Shown piece by piece: positions 59,385 to 64,000 of a stretch of DNA of 64,000 nt. The DNA is from Bythopirellula sp. Lineage in GTDB: Bacteria; Planctomycetota; Planctomycetia; Pirellulales; Lacipirellulaceae. Each line of letters starts with the position of its first letter. Within the stretch, counting starts at the first letter, position 1. The position numbers and the translations under genes are program-made. The notes under the pieces are model-generated. The model ran no database searches and was not told the origin of the DNA. It saw nothing but the letters and a program-made list of their open reading frames with translations. The DNA lies in contig OZ244170.1 in assembly GCA_965216565.1 (NCBI GenBank), positions 1,408,001 to 1,472,000 on the forward strand. The letters run 5' to 3'.

Positions 59385-59732
59385 ATGGCATTAAAGCACG
59401 GAAGCAACCACTACACCAAATGGATGCACATGGAAAACGGACAGGTGATGGTTCGCCGGATCCACCGCATGGAAATCCAAGACGCCCAAGGACGTCTGCA
59501 CGTTATCCAGAAGGATGACTTGCCAGAAGCCGTCCTTACCTCGACGGGGGAGTCACAGAAAGGCAAGCCTATTGCTCGCATTCTGTTACGTCCCAAGTCG
59601 AAGGGCTTTGTCGAGTGGCAATCACTTGATGGCCCAACTGGTGTGCTGGTGTGGAATGCCTTTGTGTTTGGACTCGGATTTTTTTCAGCTTTGTCGCTGC
59701 GTTACCTCGCACGACTGCTGATTGATTTCTAG
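59385..59732 (+). CDS. Hypothetical protein with C-terminal TM
   Basis: AGGAG RBS; hydrophobic C-terminus. Confidence 0.5.
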   Translation: MALKHGSNHYTKWMHMENGQVMVRRIHRMEIQDAQGRLHVIQKDDLPEAVLTSTGESQKGKPIARILLRPKSKGFVEWQSLDGPTGVLVWNAFVFGLGFFSALSLRYLARLLIDF

Positions 59733-59816
59733 GTTCTTTCACATTGTTTTTTGGTCGTCGGAGAAGCTTTTCGCTTCTCCGGCGGCCCCTTTTGCACTAC
59801 CTGGAAAGGGTCATCG

Positions 59817-60836
59817 ATGCCAAGTGAACCTCAAGAATTGGTTGTTCTGTCCGAAGCATCGCGTGCGATTGCTAGCGTTCGCACCATCGATGAAGCGAAA
59901 GACCTCCGAGACAAGGCGGAAGCCGTCAAAGCTTACGCACGCAAGGCGAGACTAGGCCGCGAGATCCTTGTTGAGGCTTCCGTTGTCAGGGCACGTGCCG
60001 AGCGACGACTGGGTGAGATGCTTCAAGAGACACCTCTGGCGTCTGCTGCACCCGGCAATCAATACACGGGGCCGAAGGAGCCCTCTAACGAGTCAGCCTA
60101 TACGCTTGAAAGCTTGGGGCTCTCGAAGAACGACTCCTCACGTCTGCAACGGATCGCAGAAATGCCAAAGGATGTATTCGAGCAACACGTTTCCCAGTCG
60201 GCTGAGCAAGAGCGAGAGATCACAATGGCCAGCCTGCTTCGATTGGCCAAACAGCATGAACCCATCGGGTCAACCGTAGTTGCCAACGGCGGCAGTCCAG
60301 CAAGATCTTGTGGCTCGCTGACGCAACTCGTCGAACTTGGTGAGTCTTTTTCGACCATCTACGCCGATCCGCCATGGCCTTACAACAACCAGGCTACTCG
60401 GGGAGCAACATCAAACCACTATCCGTCGATGTCGATTGACGACATCTGCGCCGAGCCCGTCCAGCAATTGGCCGCTGCTGACGCTCACCTACATCTATGG
60501 ACAACCAACGCGTTTTTGCTCGAAGCGTTCGATGTCTTGGAAGCGTGGGGCTTCGAGTACAAGTCATGCTTCATTTGGATCAAACCACAGATGGGGCTAG
60601 GTAATTATTGGCGATTGTCGCACGAGTTTTTGCTTTTTGGAATTCGAGGAAGCCTCAAATTTGCCAACAAGGGCCAGAAAAGCTGGTTGAGCGCCAAGCG
60701 AGCACAGCACAGTCGCAAGCCTGAGGCGGTTAGGCAGCTGGTTGAGTTGGTTAGCCCACCGAGCTACCTCGAAATGTACGGGAGGCAGCTTCCTTTGAAT
60801 CCAGATTGGACGGTCTATGGCAACCAACTCCCCTAG
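59817..60836 (+). CDS. MT-A70 family adenine methyltransferase
   Basis: IYADPPW, HYPSM, LHLWTTN, HSRKP, YLEMYGR; helical N-terminal extension (RAERRLGEML). Confidence 0.92.
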   Translation: MPSEPQELVVLSEASRAIASVRTIDEAKDLRDKAEAVKAYARKARLGREILVEASVVRARAERRLGEMLQETPLASAAPGNQYTGPKEPSNESAYTLESLGLSKNDSSRLQRIAEMPKDVFEQHVSQSAEQEREITMASLLRLAKQHEPIGSTVVANGGSPARSCGSLTQLVELGESFSTIYADPPWPYNNQATRGATSNHYPSMSIDDICAEPVQQLAAADAHLHLWTTNAFLLEAFDVLEAWGFEYKSCFIWIKPQMGLGNYWRLSHEFLLFGIRGSLKFANKGQKSWLSAKRAQHSRKPEAVRQLVELVSPPSYLEMYGRQLPLNPDWTVYGNQLP

Positions 60837-61005
60837 TAACTCAACCGTGTATCAGGCCTGTGGCACCTGTTCGGCAAAGTGGTTTGCCAAACAGCTCATG
60901 CAACACTGCCCACGTTGTGGCGGCACCAACTTGCTCAAATCTTCAGCACACCCACCTTGGAGTAATCCTGAAAAGAAGCTCAAGCCAAAAGATGAATCAC
61001 AATGA
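60817..61005 (+). CDS. Small zinc-ribbon protein
   Basis: CGTC...CPRC; stop overlaps the next start (ATGA). Confidence 0.5.
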   Translation: MATNSPSNSTVYQACGTCSAKWFAKQLMQHCPRCGGTNLLKSSAHPPWSNPEKKLKPKDESQ

Positions 61006-61214
61006 ACCAATGCAACCATACAACACAGGCGGTCGATTCTGACGGCCGCACCACAGGTAGTTGGGTAATGGAAAAGGAGCAAATTGTTTGTAGTGCCTGT
61101 GGCAAGATCTGCAGGCCCGTTTCTAAGAGTGAGGCAAGCATGCAGAGGGCCTATATCAATCAACAACAGCGAGGTGCCTGTCCAGGCTGCGGTGAAGAGC
61201 CTTTCCTCGGTTAA
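61002..61214 (+). CDS. Small zinc-ribbon protein
   Basis: CSACG...CPGCG. Confidence 0.55.
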   Translation: MNQCNHTTQAVDSDGRTTGSWVMEKEQIVCSACGKICRPVSKSEASMQRAYINQQQRGACPGCGEEPFLG

Positions 61215-61241
61215 TCCAATCTTTACTACATGGAGAATCTC

Positions 61242-61478
61242 ATGGCGAAACAACCAACTCATGAAGTCCGCTTTGGATTGATCAAAGCAACCGTTTGGCA
61301 AAACCACACGAAAGTTGGTGACCGCTTCAACGTCACCATCTCCAGGCTTTATAGAAACGGCGACCGCTGGGTCGAGTCGCAGAATTTTGGGCGTGATGAC
61401 CTGCCACTGGTGGCCAAGGCGGTTGACCAAGCCCATACCTGGATCTTCGCACAGAACGGCGAAAGGAGTGAGCGATGA
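61242..61478 (+). CDS. Small conserved MGE protein (paralogue of 22716)
   Basis: PTHEVRFGLIKATVWQN...NVTISRLYRNGDRWVESQNFGRDDLPLVAK; GGAGA RBS. Confidence 0.8.
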   Translation: MAKQPTHEVRFGLIKATVWQNHTKVGDRFNVTISRLYRNGDRWVESQNFGRDDLPLVAKAVDQAHTWIFAQNGERSER

Positions 61479-61666
61479 GCAGCGAAGCGATAGAGATCGG
61501 CAATGAAGGCCGATTACGCCGGAGTTCTTCGGTTGACTACATCGCCGCCCGCTGGTGCACGCTCCCGCCGCATGTCCGCGAGACCATCATCACACTGGTC
61601 GATGCCAGTTTACTCGCAAGCCAACATCAGCACACTTCGGCGGTGAGCGAGGAAGACAATCCATGA
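61475..61666 (+). CDS. Small hypothetical protein
   Basis: WCTLPPHVRETIITLV; ATGA overlaps on both sides. Confidence 0.55.
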   Translation: MSSEAIEIGNEGRLRRSSSVDYIAARWCTLPPHVRETIITLVDASLLASQHQHTSAVSEEDNP

Positions 61667-61962
61667 ATCGACAACAACTATCACGCGAGACACCGCTTGT
61701 CTTCTCGGAGGTTCCCAATCGGCTGCCTAAACGACACGGCAAGAAGATTCACTATTCTACCGTGTACCGCTGGGCCACTAAAGGTGTCCGTGGTCGCGTG
61801 CTAGAGACTGTGCGAGTCGGTGGAGTCCGCTACACTACAGTTGAAGCATTAGAGCGTTTTCTCTCTGCTCCTACGCTAGTCAATCTTGAAGCACCCAAGT
61901 CAGCAACGCTCGATGACGAGCTGACAGCGATCCAACGCCAGTTGGACGATGCCGGTGTGTAG
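61663..61962 (+). CDS. DUF1580 excisionase-like HTH protein
   Basis: HYSTVYRWATKGVRGRVLETVRVGGVRYTTVEALERF. Confidence 0.85.
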   Translation: MNRQQLSRETPLVFSEVPNRLPKRHGKKIHYSTVYRWATKGVRGRVLETVRVGGVRYTTVEALERFLSAPTLVNLEAPKSATLDDELTAIQRQLDDAGV

Positions 61963-62681
61963 GTCTGGTGATCCTCGCAGCTGTCAGTGAAGATTCCACT
62001 AATACTTAATTCCAATTCGAACATACTGAAGTCGATGCAACCGCGAAATTCAGTGACCTCAGGAGGCAATCGGTCTGGTGCACCTCTTTCAGATTGCGAT
62101 TGGATTTCGTGCAGGCGGTATTGCATCCTCTGCCAGGAACAAACTTGCGGAACACGCAGCGGTCTCTAACTTGGACTGCGTGAGCGAGGAAGCTCGAATC
62201 TGTTCGATTGGTGCATGACGATCGTTGGAAATTCCAGCATTGTCAAAAATCGGGAGGTACTTTCGTGCTCGATTCCGGAAGCAGGAGAATGTCATCGAAT
62301 TGATGTCGAATGTACCCCCTCTGATGGCAGCACATCGTCTCTTGGACATCGCTGAGAGGAAATTTTACGGTTCACTTACCAGCGTCGGAGAAACAGTCCT
62401 CTTGTGGATAGAGCGACCAGAAAGGCACCGAAACTTGTTCAAATTTCAAAACTAGGACAACCTGACGATAGATGACAGATGGTTTTGGGTCCACACAACG
62501 AGAAAGAGATAGCGGCGTCCAAAGCTCATGCCTCAAACGCCGCCTATAAATATCAGTTAATGGTAGAGCAAAGAGCCGTCCGCAACATGAGCGGCTAAAT
62601 TCGGAGAATCGCTCGCGAACATGATATGTGTTAGTCAATAGACTCGATTCGCTATTTCCAGATCCCATGACACTTCTTGCA

Positions 62682-64000
62682 TTATGCGGCTGCTGATTCT
62701 GGTTCGATATGTTGTTGTAACGACTGATCGCGTTCAGCTTGGTGTGGCAAAGATTTGACGTGCAAATCGCATTGAGGGAAGGCGATTTCAATGTTGTGCT
62801 GTCTGAACAGATCATCGATGTCCAAATGCAGATCATGCCTTAAACGTCTGTACATGATGAGGTCATCGACAAACAGCCTGAGCTCAAAGTTTAAGCTGCT
62901 GTCGCCAAACTCGTTGAAGATGACGATCGGCTCGGGGTTATCAAGTACATTGCAGTTTTCTGCTGCGACTTGGTAGAGGAGCTTTGTAGCCAGTCGAGTA
63001 TCACTGCCGTAAGCGATACCTACGCGGACAATAAGACGCAAGTGAGGATTGGAGAGCGTCCAGTTCACCAAGTTCCCAGTGACGAAATCTTTGTTGGGAA
63101 CAATTAGTTCCTTGTTATCCCAGTCCAAAACGGTTGTCGCTCGAATGCGAATCTTCGTTACGGTACCTGTTATCTCACCAACGGTGACAGTGTCTCCCAC
63201 CCTCGCTGGGCGTTCGAATAGCAGAATGATACCTGACACAAAATTCGCAAAAATCTCCTGGAGACCGAAGCCGAGGCCGACTGTCATTGCAGCCACGAGC
63301 CACTGAACACTATTCCAGCCGATTCCAAGCTGACGCATTCCCAATGCCAGGCCGACCACTGTAATCGTGTAACGCGTGATTGAACTTGCTGCGTAACGCG
63401 CCCCCGCATCGAGAGGCAACTTTTGAAGGACTGTGATCTCCAAGAGCCCAGGTAAATTCCGTCCAGCGAACCAAGTGATTGACAAAATCAGTGCTGACGC
63501 GACTAGATCACCGAGTGTTACAAAAGTCGGTGCGGCGTCTGGATTTATTGGAGTGAGACTACTTGCCCAAAGCTCCACTCGATTAAAGACTCCCAAAGCG
63601 GGCAATACATCACCCCAGACAAACCACATGGACAGCACGAAGGCCGCGCCGACCCCCATGCCAACCAACTTGCGAGCTTGTTGATTAATATCAGCAAGGT
63701 TGAACTGTGGTTCAATTTCCACCGGAGCTGTTTCGGCTGACGTATTTTCCTGTGCTTCCAGCATGGCTTGTCGTTTTTCACGAGCGTGCTGCATCGCGAC
63801 GCGTCGGTAGGCGACCATCAGCCATCGCATAAGCAGCGAACGCAGTGCGAAGCAAGCAAACACGAACAAGCAGGAAACAAAGATCCGGCGAGTTAGCTGC
63901 ATCGCAGTGTAATGGTAGCCAGCAATTGAGGCAGTGATCAAAATAAATACACCCAGGGTCGTGAGTGGGCCGAGTAGTTTTACTAGTCTAGCAAACCAAT
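62682..64000 (-). CDS. MscS/MscK-like mechanosensitive channel (5' end outside the window)
   Basis: GLGFGLQEIFANFVSGIILLFERP, KIRIRATT, VGIAYGSD, FGDSSLNFEL, IAFPQ. Confidence 0.95.
   Translation of the reverse strand, partial: WFARLVKLLGPLTTLGVFILITASIAGYHYTAMQLTRRIFVSCLFVFACFALRSLLMRWLMVAYRRVAMQHAREKRQAMLEAQENTSAETAPVEIEPQFNLADINQQARKLVGMGVGAAFVLSMWFVWGDVLPALGVFNRVELWASSLTPINPDAAPTFVTLGDLVASALILSITWFAGRNLPGLLEITVLQKLPLDAGARYAASSITRYTITVVGLALGMRQLGIGWNSVQWLVAAMTVGLGFGLQEIFANFVSGIILLFERPARVGDTVTVGEITGTVTKIRIRATTVLDWDNKELIVPNKDFVTGNLVNWTLSNPHLRLIVRVGIAYGSDTRLATKLLYQVAAENCNVLDNPEPIVIFNEFGDSSLNFELRLFVDDLIMYRRLRHDLHLDIDDLFRQHNIEIAFPQCDLHVKSLPHQAERDQSLQQHIEPESAAA

Noticed and set aside
62089..62836. 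Short ORFs between DUF1580 and mscS
   Set aside because: No motifs and conflicting strands; one overlaps mscS out of frame.

Overview
The window is an accessory region, probably from a planctomycete (inferred from protein families such as DUF1580, the rve-type IS and the DUF932/ParAB/Rep backbone). Bases 1-18.5 kb form a co-oriented (minus-strand) defence island: type I RM hsdR, a DUF4411 PIN + ImmA/IrrE pair, a TIR-like protein, a truncated hsdS next to an IS, an RloC-like anticodon nuclease, a YhaN/YhaO (SbcCD-like) pair and a ~2130-aa Hhe-type helicase-nuclease. Bases ~21-62 kb look like an integrated, mobilisable plasmid-like element. It carries Rep with iteron-like repeats, ParAB, Replic_Relax-like proteins, a T4SS coupling protein, orphan methyltransferases, DUF932, DUF1580 and Frpo-like hairpins. 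It is interrupted by a cargo block (tyrosine recombinase, two-component system, DoxX, c-type cytochromes, MFS, complete IS4 element). An MscS gene runs off the right edge. The most striking unexplained signal is a ~1.6 kb ORF-poor, multi-junction structured region (37.9-39.5 kb). Its GNRA loops and G-U wobbles point to a large minus-strand RNA ending just before a basic hypothetical protein. A second notable module pairs two atypical kinases with a membrane-anchored, catalytically degenerate Cas4-like protein. Family assignments come from motif recognition only; no searches were run.
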